Assembly: GCA_050613775.1 (NCBI GenBank)
Contig: JBODTK010000101.1
Span: 372,001 to 436,000, forward strand
From: Neocallimastix sp. 'constans'
Taxonomy: Eukaryota
Direction of reading: 5' to 3'
DNA: 64,000 bases
Shown piece by piece: positions 1-18,525 of the stretch. The translations under genes were made by a program, and so were the position numbers. Every line of letters starts with the position of its first letter. Position 1 is the stretch's first letter. The notes below the pieces were generated by a model that worked only from the letters and a program-made list of their open reading frames with translations, was not told the DNA's origin and did not search any database.

Positions 1-1457
1 CATATATATATTAATACAAGATAAAAATATATATAAAATAATTGTTAATATATTTAATAATAGATAATATTTTATTATATGAATTATAAAATAAAATATA
101 GAAATTAATAATATATTACAATTTATTAATAATAAATTATTAATATTGAAATTATAAAAAAAAATTATTCAATTATTTATTATTTATTATATATATATTT
201 TTTTTTATTAAATATAATTTTTTTTTAATTTGAAATATATATATAATAAATTGTTTTAATAATTTCTTTGATTGTAAAACTTTTATTTTTTTTCTTTTTT
301 TTTTTCCCTTTTTTTCTCTTCAAAATAAATCTATATATATTAATTAAAAAAAAAAGAAGAAAAAAATTCATATTTTATTTAGAAATTCATAAATTTAAAT
401 AATAAATGGCGAACTTTATATATTATTTTGTATTGATTAGTTTATAACAAGAAAATAATATTTATATTAATACATATACTTAATTATGTTAATTTTCTGA
501 AATTATAACAATAACAAAAACAAAATTGTCAAATTAAAATATAATAATCATACTTTTTCAATCTAAAAAGAGAAACAAAAAAAAAGACAAATAAGAAAAG
601 AAACACATATGTGTTTTATACAATTACAATTAAACAATATTTTAACATAAATAATTACTATAAAACTTTAAAGATAAAGTAAAGTTTATATATTTATTTG
701 AATTTCAAAAATAAATTTTTGATACCTTAAATTTTATATAGATTGAAAATTATTCTAAATATTCATATTCATAAATATTATTCATTCAGAAGTATATATA
801 TAGCATCCATTATTTTATAAAATAAAAAACAATTTTTTCAATATAAATCATAATTTATATATTAAAAAAAAGAGAAAAAAGGAAAAGAAAAAAAAAAAAA
901 AAAAAAAAACATAAATCTTATCTTTATTTATCAATATTACTATAAAAGATTATTCATATAAATATAAAAAGTATTATTAAAATAAATAAATATAAATAAA
1001 TATTAATATATAATTAAACGAATACAATATGTAAGAATAATTTTTATTTTTTTTTTTCTATTTTAATCAATTAGTGATAATAATATATATATAAATTTAT
1101 TCTAAATTATATCTGATACTAATTTTATTATTTATTATTTATGACCTTTTAATTCAAAAATATTATTTATTATATAAATCTTTATTTACATATTATATTT
1201 TAAATATTTTTTAAAAAAAAAAAAAGTATTAATATCATTATATTTTTGGATCCTTATTAATATATCAATATCAATAAATCAAAAATTAATATATATATAT
1301 ATTTTTTATTTCGTTACTTCAAAGCCTTATAAATAGCAATACAAAATATTAAAGAAAAAGAAAATAATTTATTTCTTTGGAAATAAAAAAATTATTAAAC
1401 AAATATATTTATAATCAATAAATAAGCTTATTTAACAACTTTATATAATTATAGATA

Positions 1458-3070
1458 ATGAAAAAAATGAATTTAAAAATATTTATAGTGTATTGTTTTA
1501 CTATATTTTTTAAATTTGCCTATTCAGAAAGTAATAAATTTATTAAAATAATTCATTCAATTTTATTATTTGCATTTTAATATTATATATTTATATTTTA
1601 TTAACCCAATTTCTATTTTGATATGTAAAAGGTAATTGTGGTACATCATTATGTGTATCAACAAATGTAATTAAACCAGGTCAACCAGTTCAACTTTCAT
1701 GGCATAAATCAGATAATAAAAATGGAATACAAATTTCCTTACTTTATGGTGATAATTCTGATAAAACAGATTGTCGTGAATTACAGGGTAAACAAGTATT
1801 AAAGAGTTGGCGATTAAAAAATGGTGAAGAAGAATATACCTTTACTATTAATGATGTTGATTTCGAAATTCAAGATAAGACTTTTGTATTTTTAGTAGAA
1901 TACTTAGCCAGTAGTTTTTGTATGATGGCTCCAAGTGGGCCAAAAGGTCTTGGTACAAGTTATGTGGTATTTGGTTAGTTATTAAATAAAATTATTGAAA
2001 TATATGTATTGAAATTAAATTTTTAAATATATATATATAATAAATATACTAAATTTACGTTTTTATTATTGTATATTATTATTATTTTTACTATTATAAT
2101 TATTGTTTTTATTGTATAATAACTGTTATTATCATTCTTAATTATAATAAATATTATTATATTCTCACTATTACAATTATTATAATTAATGTTGTTATTA
2201 TTCACATTCACATTATTACAATTATTGTAATTAATATTTTTATTATGCACATTAAAACGATCTTTATAAATATAATAAATATTATAATAAAAAATATTAT
2301 TATCATTATTATTATATTGAAAAATGTAATTAAAAGATAAAACTATGCCAGTAAAAATAAATTCAGAACAAAATAATGCAACTCCTAGTAATAAAAGTGA
2401 TACTAAAGCATCTCCAACAACAAATAGTAATACTAATAGCACTTCAGAAAATAAAGATAATAGTAATTTATCAGATAAAATAAATTCAAATAATAATAGT
2501 AATAATAATAATACAAATAGTACAAATGTAAATAATGGAGTAAATAATAATAATTCAAATAATTCAACAAATACACCATTAGAAGGAGATAAGAATAAAC
2601 AAATGGATACAAAAGATCATTCTGATGGATTTTTTAATACATTTACTACAATATTAATTGTTATCCTAGGTGCAATTTTAATTTTAATTGCCCTTTGTTT
2701 AATCTTATTCTGTGCTAAAAAGATAAAAGGAAAAGGCAATAGTTTGAATGAAGATTCATTAAAACAAAATTCAACCGCAAGAATGCTATCACAAAGTCTT
2801 ACTGATGATGCATTTGCTGAAGATAGTGTTTATTCTTCAGTGAACATAACTAATGCTATACCTGCGCCAAAATCAAATCTAAATCCAAATGAACCTTATG
2901 TACATAATGTATCTGTTGAAAGCTTTAATTCAAATACAAGTCAGTCTGGTTTAATCAGTAGACATGAAGCAAAAATGATTGCTGAACGTTTCAGATGTGA
3001 ATTACAGAATCCATTAAATAATGAAGCAGATGATGCTAGTAGTATAAAAGAAAAAGATGAATCAGTATAA
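1458..3070 (+). CDS. Single-pass (type I) surface protein: signal peptide, Cys-containing beta-rich ectodomain, Asn/Ser/Thr stalk, TM helix, cytoplasmic tail; 3 exons (1458-1530, 1632-1973, 2337-3070)
   Basis: ATG 1458 starts MKKMNLKIFIVYCFTIFFKFAYSE. Both GT-AG introns keep frame into the supplied ORF 2345-3070, which has the TM segment ILIVILGAILILIALCLILFC followed by AKKIKGK. Confidence 0.8.
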
Positions 3071-3397
3071 AACCACTCTTAAATATTCATAACTATTCTA
3101 AATTTTTTTTTAATATATATTTTTTTTCTTTTTTTATTTTGTTATGTTTTGTTTTGTTTTCTTCTTGTATCTTTATTTAATTTATGCATAATATATTTCT
3201 ATTATTAAATAATAAGTAATAATATAATTATTAATAAAAAAATTTTTTTTATTTCATTTCATTTTTTTTTAAAAAAAAATTATGCACTATTTATCAAATT
3301 AAAATAATAAAATATATATTATATATATAAATATTTCAATTTATTTCACATCTTATTTACATTAAATGACAAAATTAATTGGATTTATTTAAATAAG

Positions 3398-3463
<66 letters not shown>

Positions 3464-3889
3464 TAAGAAAAAGAAGAGAATAGAATTAAAATATATATAT
3501 ACGGGTTTTAAAATAGAAAATAAAAGATTAAAATAAATTATAGAGAAAAAACAAATATAAAAATATATAAAAAAAAATAAAATAAAATAAAAATAAAAAT
3601 AATATAATATAATAAAATAATAATAAAATTAGCTACATAAATATATAAAAGTTTTAAATAAATAAATTAAATAAATTTAATATACAGTATTTAAATTTTT
3701 TGTTTTTTTTTTTTTTTTGTTTTTTGTTGTTGTTGTTTTGTTTTTATATCACAAAAAAAATTTTTTTTTTTTATTTTTGATTTTTATGTTTTTTTTTTTT
3801 TTGTTTTTGTATATATTTTATTTTCGAACTTGTTATTTTATTTTTATTTGTTAATTTTTATACATATATATATATATTATATATTTAAC

Positions 3890-5990
3890 TACTAAATTTA
3901 AAATACTGGAAATTATATTAATCATCAATTTGACTTTATTTCCCGAAAAGAATGGATCTAAATACGCCAGGTTGTAAAAGTTTATATCTTGAGTATCATG
4001 TCTCATGTCAAGTTGTCCTTGAAGATAATTCCTATACTCATCTTATAGTAACTCCATAGAGTATATGCTGCTAAAGTAATAAGTGTTCTGTAGGTAATGT
4101 CAGTATTCCCCACTAAGAAACATAGCATTACAAGCTCGATATGAATTTTCTTTAGTTTTCACGTGGTTTCAGAATCACACTAATCATTCATTTAGTTCTT
4201 CTTTGGAAACGTAACATGAGCATCGATGTTATATAAAACAAATTATTCGAAAGTAACCTTAGTAATTGGTTTATTCTTCCAATTAATAGTTCCCCTATTT
4301 CATGGACTAGAGGTAGATATTCATTAGATATTATTTATGCATTAGTCAATTCAAGTATTCTGGACAAAATAACAAGTGCTTATTTTGTTAACTATCCTTC
4401 TATATTTGATCATAAACCGCTAGTAGTTTAATACAAGGAAACTAACACAGATAAATCATTTTTGTTGCTAAACAAAAAAAATTTGTTAGGTGAGATAGGT
4501 ATAAATCTCTTGAACTTACGAAAGAAATTTGTGATCACAATAAATTTGAGATTCTTAGTGAATAATTGGGAAATGAAGAACTTTCAGCATATTGTATAAT
4601 TGAAAAGTTCATCAGTACTACTAATTCTGTTGCTAAGGATTTATCTATTACATCCTCAATTGAAATCAGAAAAGTGATGTTTATAATGTCTCGAAAAATT
4701 TATTGCCATCAAAAGGTAAACATCTAAAGTATAAACAAATTAAGAGTTATAAATCTTCATGTGATTCCAATGAATTTGCTAAAATTGTTAAATCATATAA
4801 TAAACTATGTGTATCAATTCATAAAAAATACAACAAATTTAGGAAAAAAGAATATTTATATTGGATAAAAAATTGGATGTTTGTTAGCTTTTAAAAATGA
4901 TAGTAGGAAGGTGTGGAAATGGGTAAAAAAAAAATTCAAAAAAATTAATAATCAATCTTTCACGGTCTCTCATCCTATTAAAAACAATAACAATGAATTA
5001 GTATCTTCCACAGATTAAAAATTAAAAGATTAACATTCTCATTATAAATTCCTAAGATCGGATTATTCAGATCATTGTCTTTCTAAAGATTTCAGGAAAG
5101 ATTTTGATGTATTTGGGAATTTTGGAAATCCAAGGCAACAGGAATGGGAAATTAACCAAGTAATAAGCGATGAAGAAATGTGTGAGACGATCTCATCTCA
5201 TCTTCCTTAACCTTAAAGCTTATGGTCCTGATGGGATTCCAATGAAATTCTTCAAAACTTTGATTCCTGGTAAAAATGATTCAGAGGAATCTAGTGAAAA
5301 TAATAGTAATATTTCATCTGGTTTTAAATGTCTCAAAGCCTTAATCTATCGTATTTGGAACGGTGGTTTTCCAAAATCATGGAATAACTCATCAAAAGTT
5401 TCTACTCGTAAACTGGGAGATCCAGCAGATTGTAATAACTATCATGGCATCTCTCTTATCAATAATGGATTAAAAATTGTGGCAAAAATTATTGCTAATA
5501 GAATCTCTAAATATGGAATTGATAAAGGATTTATTAAACAAGAACAATTTGGATTTCATAACAAAGAAGAATATATAAGTATTTACACTTTATTAATAAT
5601 TATATGTCAGAGACAAAAAATTGAAAATAAAGATGCTTACTTTTCTTTTTTGGACCTTAAAAAAACTTATGACTCAATTCCTATATATTAATGTATTAAT
5701 AAAGATTTATCAGAGGTAAGTGCTATAATTTTATTGAAAATTTATTTATACTTATCTTCCAAGGCTTGTGTATGGGTTGATGGATAATTATCGGAATCAT
5801 TTAATATTAAAAAAGGTGTTAGTTCAAGGTTATCCCCTTTCATCAATTTTATTTAACTTGTTCATTAATGACATTTTAAATAAATGTGATAAATATGGAA
5901 TCTCTATTAGTGATAAACACTGATGTGGAGGTCTCTTTACAGATGGCATTATGTTATGTGCTCCAATAAGATCAGTTTCAGTTCTAAATC
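3890..5990 (+). mobile_element. Decayed non-LTR retrotransposon (LINE) ORF2: endonuclease and RT remnants
   Basis: ORF 5170-5691 has LINE RT motifs KAYGPDGIP, DCNNYHGISL, EQFGF, FLDLKKTYD. An endonuclease-type FDHKPL lies near 4405 and KKGV.QG.PLS.ILFNLFIND near 5810-5870. Many stops and frameshifts. Confidence 0.85.
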
Positions 5991-6247
5991 ATTTTAAAAC
6001 GGTACACCTAGGTAAGTATGGTGATTCATTTTAGATAACTCTTATCTTAAAATATTAAAGGTAGGATTACTATTATTAAGAAATTTTGAAATTTCTCCTA
6101 CTACTAAACTTGCACATTTATTGATACCAAATTGCATTTCATTATTTCTTGCCCAATTACTGGATCTACCATATTATGTAGTAATAATTAAAAAATTATC
6201 TGTTTTTTTGATATGTCATTTTTATACCTAAAAAGTTTTTTTTTTCC

Positions 6248-6364
<117 letters not shown>

Positions 6365-6769
6365 ATCAAATATTTTTAGTGATACATACGTGATAAATTA
6401 AAATATAAATTTTTACTACTTGAATCCTTATATCTTTTATCTTTTATTACTAATATTCCATCCATAAATATGGCGAACTTAAAAAAAAAAAAAAATGAAA
6501 AAAATAACAAAATAAAATAAAAAAAAAAAAAAATGAAAAAAATAACAAAATAAAATAAATAATTAATTAATAAATAATTAAAATAAAAATAATTAATTAA
6601 ATAAAAATAATATATAGGATTAATTAAAATAGTAGAGAATGATAATAAAACCTTTTTCTTTTTTTTAATATTAATATATAAATTCAATATAATTTCTATT
6701 TTGATTTTGAAAACTACTCTTTCTCACTCCATATAATAAATAAATAAATAATGAAATATTAAATGACAT

Positions 6770-7017
6770 TTCTAATAAGAGTCTCAATGACATAATATCT
6801 CGTTAATAATTGCTAATAAGGAGAAGAACAAATTTCTTTCAGATAGTTAATTCAAACCCTATTCCAGAATCAGTAACTAGAGATGAGGTTCGTTGCATAT
6901 AACTTTTTTCCGAATTTATTTATGCACTTTAATATGAATATAATTTTTTATTTCATGTTACTATTTTAAATATTAGTATGTTCTAATTGAACAAATATAT
7001 ACTTTTTTATTAATTCT

Positions 7018-7051
<34 letters not shown>

Positions 7052-7129
7052 AAAAAGTATTTCTGTAATAAATAAATGAATCAATAATTAAAGATAAAAG
7101 TTCGCAATTATTGCTGCTATAAAAAAAAA
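6770..7129 (+). mobile_element. LINE 3'-end fragment with A tail
   Basis: Shares TTTCTTTCAGATAG..TTCAAACCCTA..GAGATGAGGTTCGTTGCATAT and terminal AAGTTCGCAAT..GCTATAAAAAA with the copy at 11820-12225. Confidence 0.7.
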
Positions 7130-7219
7130 TGTTAATACCAAAAATTCAATATGTGAAACCCTAACCTTTAATTAGATATATAGTCACATTAAGTTTAGAA
7201 AATCAGAAAATTAAACAAC

Positions 7220-7430
7220 AACAGGAAGTTAGAGGTTTTTTGCCAAAATAAAGAAATTAATTATACCGGTACCTATTCTACAACAAAAATGATTAATTTT
7301 AGGCATACAATTGTTATTATATCAATATATAAAAAAATGGGATTTAAGACAAATTGATATTAAAGCTGTATACTGGAAAGCTTATCTTGATGCTCAAATT
7401 CCAATCTGTGATAAAAACTTGTTATAAAAA
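7220..7430 (+). mobile_element. Ty1/Copia reverse transcriptase relic
   Basis: Fragments translate to VRGFLPK, TYSTT and WDLRQIDIKAVYWKAYLD, in the order of the Copia RT motifs ARGFxQ / TYSPT / W.l.QlDvKxAyL. Heavily degraded. Confidence 0.55.
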
Positions 7431-8639
7431 CTTGTTCAAGATGAAATAATAAAAAATGAAATTAACTAAATTAATCCTCGTTGGCTCTAACTTACTGATG
7501 AAAGATCCATTAGCTATAAGTATTTCTTTACTCAAGCTCAAAAGATTTGAGGTATTTCATCAGGAAAACTTTAAAAATGCTAATGGAAGAGGAATGTTAA
7601 GTATCATAGTTATATATTTAATTCATTGTACATTATACAATGTTTCTATTTGATAGTATCATGTAGCATGCAGTATAACGTCAAATGTTACATGAATGTT
7701 AGACTATAAAAAAAAATGATTATAAATATCATGTAATAACGTATTCTTTCATGAATATTGATAAATAATTATATATATCATGTAATGACATATTAATAAA
7801 ATAAATAAATAAAAATAAACACATAATAAAATATCAAATATCATTTCTTACTTTAAGTATTTAACATCTATAAAAATTAAATTGACCTAAAAAGAATAAG
7901 AAAGAGACGTAAAAAATTCAATCATATAAAAAATATATATATATAAATATAATATTAAATAATAAATAAAATTAATATAAAGAACATGTCCTATGTTAGA
8001 GAGATAAAAAAAAATGATTGGTAAAAAAAAATTAAAAAATTAATTTTATTAATATATTATTCCGATTATAAAGTTTCCATTGATATAAATAAAATGAAAT
8101 AGTAAATTTTAAACATATTCTTAATGTTTAACCTTTTATATAAATATATTAAAATAATAATAATAATAATAATAATAAATAATAAAAAATATAAATAATA
8201 ATAAAAAATATAAATAAAAAATTGAACTTACTATATATATATATATATGTTGTAATTTAAAAAACTTTAATTTATAAAAAAATAAAAAAAAAAAAACATA
8301 TATTAAATATTAAATTAGTATTTTATATTATTTTTATTTTTACTTATTATTTAATGTTACAATAATATTATTTTTATTCTTACTCTAATATATCACATTA
8401 GCATTTAATATGAATAAAAATAATCAATAATTAATTAATAATAACAAAAAGAACAATTAATAATTATTAATAACAAAAATAATAAATAATAATAAAAATA
8501 AATAATTAAAAAGTATACTACAAAATTGTTACTTTCTTCCACATCACCGCTATTTTTATATAATTTCTATATAACTTCTTTTTTATATTTTTATAACCAT
8601 CATTTAAATAATATATTACTGATAGTATTTTATCATTGT

Positions 8640-8962
8640 ATATTTATTTATTTATTTATTTATTTATTTATTATTTATTATTTAATATTCATTATTTATT
8701 ATTTATTATTTATTATTCATTATTTATTATTTATTATTTATTATTTATTATTTATTATTCATTATTTATTATTTATTATTTATTATTTATTATTTATTAT
8801 TTATTATTTATTATTTATTATTTATTATTTATTATTTATTATTTATTATTTATTATTTATTATTTATTATTTATTATTTATTATTTATTATTTATTATTT
8901 ATTATTTATTATTTATTATTTATTATTTATTATTTATTATTTATTATTTATTATTTATTATT
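8640..8962. repeat. (TTATTTA)n heptamer microsatellite
   Basis: Tandem 7-mer; the source of spurious IIYYLLF-repeat ORFs. Confidence 0.9.
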
Positions 8963-10041
8963 CATCAGTTGTAGTAATAATAATAAATATTTATTATTAT
9001 TTATCTAGTATATATTTAGTTTTAAATCATCCTATGACTGCCAGATAGCAAAATCTCTAAATGGGTATCTATTAACCATTAAAATAAAACGTTTAAATAT
9101 TTGTACCACCAAATTAATCAGCTACAACATATGATGTAATAAAATAAAAATCAAAAAGTTATGTGGATAAATAAAAAATACATTAAAAATAATTAATAAA
9201 ACCTTTTTAAGCTTCAAATTTATTATTACTAATATAAAATATCATATTTAAAAACTTAACAATAAACTTTATTTTTTATATTTTTTTATTTTTATTTATA
9301 TTTTCATTTTCATTTTTTATTTTTTATTTATTTATTTATTTATTTATATTATTTATATATTATATTCAGTATTAAAAATAATAACAATACATATATTATT
9401 ATAAATTTAAAATCATAATTAAAAATTATAAAATTTTATTCATTAAAGATTAAAAAATATTACGTTTAAATTAGTTGTAATATGCAAAAAAAATCTTATC
9501 TTATTAAATATATTATAATATATCAAATATATGTTGCTATATATTATATTGTATTATATTGTAATATATATTAAAATTAAGAATTTTTAAACTTGATTAA
9601 TAATTACAATTTTTTAAAAAAAAAAAAGTTTAAAAAATACTTTTATTATATATATATATATATATATTTTTTTTTATTTACAAAATCATTTTTTTTAATT
9701 AATTATAAAAAAAGGAAAAAAAAAAAAAAAAAAAGAAGTTTATATTTTTCAATGAGTATTTTTAAATTTATTGATTAATTTATTTAAATTTATTTTTTTC
9801 TAATTTTCTTTTTTTTCATTCAATATTTAACATAAAAATACTTATATTTATATTAAATATCTAATAGTTTAAAATATATATGCACCATTATTCAAATTGA
9901 AATTTCTTTAATTTAATCATCCCATATATATATATAAATTTTAACATAATTATATTAATATTTTAGTATTTACAATTTACAATATTGTAAACAATAAAAA
10001 TAATAATAATTAAATTAAAATAAGAAAAAAAATATAAAATA

Positions 10042-11115
10042 ATGTCAGCACAAACTCAATCCCATTATGATTATCTTGCAGATTATTATGACTGGATGAC
10101 GGGAGATTTTGAAACGAATTTTGAAGAAACTTTAAAATTCTTTCGTAATAATAATTTAGATAAGCCAAAAACAGAAAATGGAATTGTTGTTGATTTAGGA
10201 GCGGGTTCTGGTGCTCAAACAATACCATTAGCTGTACTTGGTTATAAAGTTATAGCGGTTGATTTTTGTCAAAAATTATTAAATATATTAGAAGAAAGAG
10301 CAAAAGAAAGAAATGTATTAAACAAAGTTAATACCATTTGTGGCGATTTATTGAAATTTACAGAAGTAACTCCTGAAAATGGTGTAGAAATGGTAGTTTG
10401 TATGGGAGATACACTAACACAATTAGGAAATATGGAAGAAGTGAAACGTCTTTTAATTAAAATTTTAAACGCACTTCAACCCAACGGTACAATCATTCTT
10501 ACTTTTCAAAATCTTGCAGATGCCGATGCCGAAAATACTTTGAATAAATTTATTCCAATGAGAAATGATGATAATACAATTTTTACTTGTTATATGGAAT
10601 TTGAAAAAACACATGTAAGAGTTCACGAACTTTTATATGTTAAACAAAACTCAGATCCTAATCAAAAAGAAGAATCACAACCATCCCTTTATGGACCAAC
10701 ACCTGATAAGTATCAAAAATGGAAATTATATCAAGGTTGGTACAAAAAAGTACGACTTCATTATGAAGATATATGGGAATTTTTAAGAAAAATTGGTTTT
10801 CAAATTAAAAAATTTGAAAATAGAAATGGTCATATAACTTTTATTGCTCAAAAGGAACCAGATCGTGATGTTATGTTTAATAATAACGTATTTTTTGAAT
10901 TTCCAAATGAAAGCAACAATTTTATAGAGGAAGAAAGAAATTTAGATGATTTAAATTTATTATTAATAGATAAGAAAAAGGATTCTAGTAATACCACTAA
11001 TAATATTAATAATATTAATAATACTAATAATAATAATAGTAGTAATAATAATAATAATAACAGAAGAAAAATAGACGATTCTCTTCCACAATCTAAGAAG
11101 AGAAAAGAAAATTAG
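10042..11115 (+). CDS. Class I SAM-dependent methyltransferase, intronless, with Asn-rich C-terminal extension
   Basis: Motif I VVDLGAGSG, post-I VIAVDF, motif II ICGDLL, CMGDTL, and LQPNGTIILTF in one 357-aa ORF. Confidence 0.9.
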   Translation: MSAQTQSHYDYLADYYDWMTGDFETNFEETLKFFRNNNLDKPKTENGIVVDLGAGSGAQTIPLAVLGYKVIAVDFCQKLLNILEERAKERNVLNKVNTICGDLLKFTEVTPENGVEMVVCMGDTLTQLGNMEEVKRLLIKILNALQPNGTIILTFQNLADADAENTLNKFIPMRNDDNTIFTCYMEFEKTHVRVHELLYVKQNSDPNQKEESQPSLYGPTPDKYQKWKLYQGWYKKVRLHYEDIWEFLRKIGFQIKKFENRNGHITFIAQKEPDRDVMFNNNVFFEFPNESNNFIEEERNLDDLNLLLIDKKKDSSNTTNNINNINNTNNNNSSNNNNNNRRKIDDSLPQSKKRKEN

Positions 11116-11819
11116 AAGGATTAAATTTAAAAGAAGAGGGGAAATATATTATATAATATATACAATATATTCATTTTTTATTAACTAAACAAAAATTTAT
11201 TTAAATAAATATAAAAAGTAATTATCAATATTTTATTAATTTTTTTTATTCATTTTGATGAAATGTGGTATTCGTTTAACAACTTATTAAAAAATAAAAA
11301 AAATAAAAATAAAAATTAAAATAAAAATAAAAATAAAAATAAAAATAAAAAAAAAAAAAAAAATTAAAAATTTTATAATTATAGTTACTTTCCTTTTTTT
11401 TATAAAAAAAATTTATTTTATAAACACATATAAATTTGTTATATATTTTAAAAATATTACATAATTTTTATCTTAGAGATTTTTTTTTATTATTATTAAT
11501 TTTATTATTATTTAAAAAACAAATAAAATAAAATAAAATAAAATAAAAATAAAAATAAAAAAAAAAAAAATAAAAAAAAAAAAATAATAATAATAATAAT
11601 AATAACAGTAATTTTATTCATAAATAAATAAATAAATAAAATATCATATTTAAAAAAAAAAAAAAGTAATAATCATAATAATAATTTCAATATAAATTAA
11701 TAAGAATTAAGTAAAAAAAATTATATAACTATATAAGGAAGTTGAATTTCAAAAAGTTGAATTTCGGAAAATGTGGCGTTTCAAAATTTTATAAATAAAT
11801 TAATAAATAATGAAAATTA

Positions 11820-12225
11820 TAGTTAGACTTTAATACTTATTCCGAAAGTATAAGGGCAAACTAACCAGGAGCGTCAACGCTGAAAATGCAGTAAGACAAG
11901 CTAGCAGGCCTCTGAAGGAGAAGACCATAATTTCTTTCAGATAGTCAATTCAAACCCTAAAGACCATAAGGAGATGAGGTTCGTTGCATATGAACTTTTT
12001 TCTGAATTTATTTATACATTTATTTTTTGATTATTACTTTTTATTTCACGTTACTATTTCATTTATTATTATATTCAATTGGACAAATAATTTTTTTTAT
12101 TTATTTTTTTAATTCTGTATTTTTTTATTTTTTATTAAAATTAAAAGTATTCATGTATTTATATAAGAATAAATAAATAAATATTAAAGTTCGCAATAAT
12201 TATGGCTATAAAAAAAAAAAAAAAA
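11820..12225 (+). mobile_element. 5'-truncated LINE 3' end with poly(A)
   Basis: Encodes RSVNAENAVRQASR, matching KSDNAEETVRQASR at the ORF2 C-terminus of the LINE at ~36630-36670. The 3' UTR matches 6770-7129 and ends GGCTAT(A)n. Confidence 0.75.
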
Positions 12226-12967
12226 TTATTATTACTAAAGGTATTGAATTTTTTCAAATTTCATCTTTAATTTTATGTTTTGCTCTTGATATAGATGCAT
12301 CAAGATCTTTTTCAAAATAATTATTTATACTTTCATATTAAATTCTAATAGATCTTTTTTATTTCTTTATACTACTTCTTTATTTGAAATCTAGTGCGTT
12401 TCGTAATCGTACATTTCACAATATGGCGTGTTTTATATGTGGCTTAAATTTAATAATTAAATAAATAATAATTAAAAAAATAATAAATATTCTTTTTTTA
12501 TATATATATTTATTAATATTCAATTGTAAAAATAATTTTTTATAAAAAAATAGTTTTTTATATTTCTTTTTTAATAAACTATATTATTATTTCTTTTAAA
12601 ATAACAATTATTTATATATTTATTTATGATCATATAGAATATCTTAAAAATGTATGGCTTTATTTTAAAACTTTATAAGCCACATTGCTAAATTCACAAT
12701 TGAGACGATTCCCTTTATTTATATTATTATTTTCTTTTATTATATTTATTTTAATTATAACTATTAATGCTTAATTAATCAAAAACCTCCCTTATTTTAC
12801 AAGGATGCTTTTATAATATATTGATATTAATATTATTAAAAAATTTTAATATATTATTATATAATGATGATTCTGACAGAAGTAAATCAGCAACTCGATT
12901 AAAAATTATAAAATTAATATATCAATTTAAACCAATATATAAAATATATTTTATTATTTTTTATTAC

Positions 12968-13137
<170 letters not shown>

Positions 13138-13402
13138 ATTTTTAATTTCAATACAATAGAAACAAATATATTTTAAATAATATATTTTAAATATAAAAAA
13201 ATTTTTTTATAATAAATTATAAATGATAAATTTTTTTTTTTTTAAATGAATTTCAAAAAGTCTTTTTTTTTTTTTTTATTTATTTATTTAGAAACTTTAA
13301 AAAATAATTATATATATATGTTTTAATAGATAAAAGATAGAAATATATTATGAAATTAAAAAAAAAAAAAAAAAAAAAAAATAGTATTAATAATTATAAT
13401 TA

Positions 13403-17354
<3,952 letters not shown>

Positions 17355-17819
17355 ATTTGCTATAAAAATTTTTATATTATATAAAGTAAAAAATATTTAA
17401 AAATTAATATGGAAAATATTTATTAAAAAAAAAAAAAATAAATAAAAATAAATAAATAATTAATTTATAATTGTTCTTTTTAATTTTTAATTTTTATTTT
17501 TAAAAAGAGATATATTAATATTATAATTTATACAAATATAAAATATTAAGAAAGAAAATAAATATATAAATAAAAAAAAAAAATGAAATCAAAAATTAAA
17601 AAGTTTATTTTATTAAAACATTTCCAAAAACAAAATGGTGAGCAGCAATTATTAAAAAAAATTTAAAAAAAAATAATTAATCAAAAAAAAAAAAAAAAGA
17701 AAAAAAAGAAAACATTAATATTTAAAATTTTTAATTTATTTCAGAGTTATTTTTTATTTATTTTTTTTTATATTTTTTCAATATGTGTAACATATTATTA
17801 ATTTTATTTATAATTAAAA

Positions 17820-18078
<259 letters not shown>

Positions 18079-18525
18079 ATTATTTTATTTTATATATATA
18101 TGTTTATATTTATTTTTTTGTTGTTTAAATTTTAAATTTTTATACCAAAATTTTTATTCGGAGTTATAAAAAGGTAAAAATAAATAAATAAGTAAATAAA
18201 TAAGTAAAGAAGTAAATAAATAAAATATGTATTAAACCAAAATAATAATATGTATATATTATATACATTTTTAATGTTACATCAATTTTTTTTTTTTAAT
18301 ACATAATATATTTATTTTATAAATAATATGAAATAAATATGAAATAATATAAGATATTAATATATCATTTTTATTTATTTAATTAATATTAACCTAAAAT
18401 ATTCAAAATTGATAACAATAAAATAAAATAAAATTAATTTAATTATAATAATAAAATCTTTTCTATTTTTTTTTTTATTTGACATAAAATAAATATATTA
18501 TTATTTTTAAATTTAGTCATATACC

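Noticed and set aside
406..416. ATGGCGAACTT repeated at 406 and 6470 as a YY1-like promoter motif
   Set aside because: Its reverse complement matches the LINE 3' tip (AAGTTCGC.AT..TTATGG), so relic element ends are the simpler explanation.
12240..12900. Exon-like patches downstream of the Asn-rich gene
   Set aside because: All frames contain stops and the gene already terminates at 13403; possibly a decayed element, but not identifiable.
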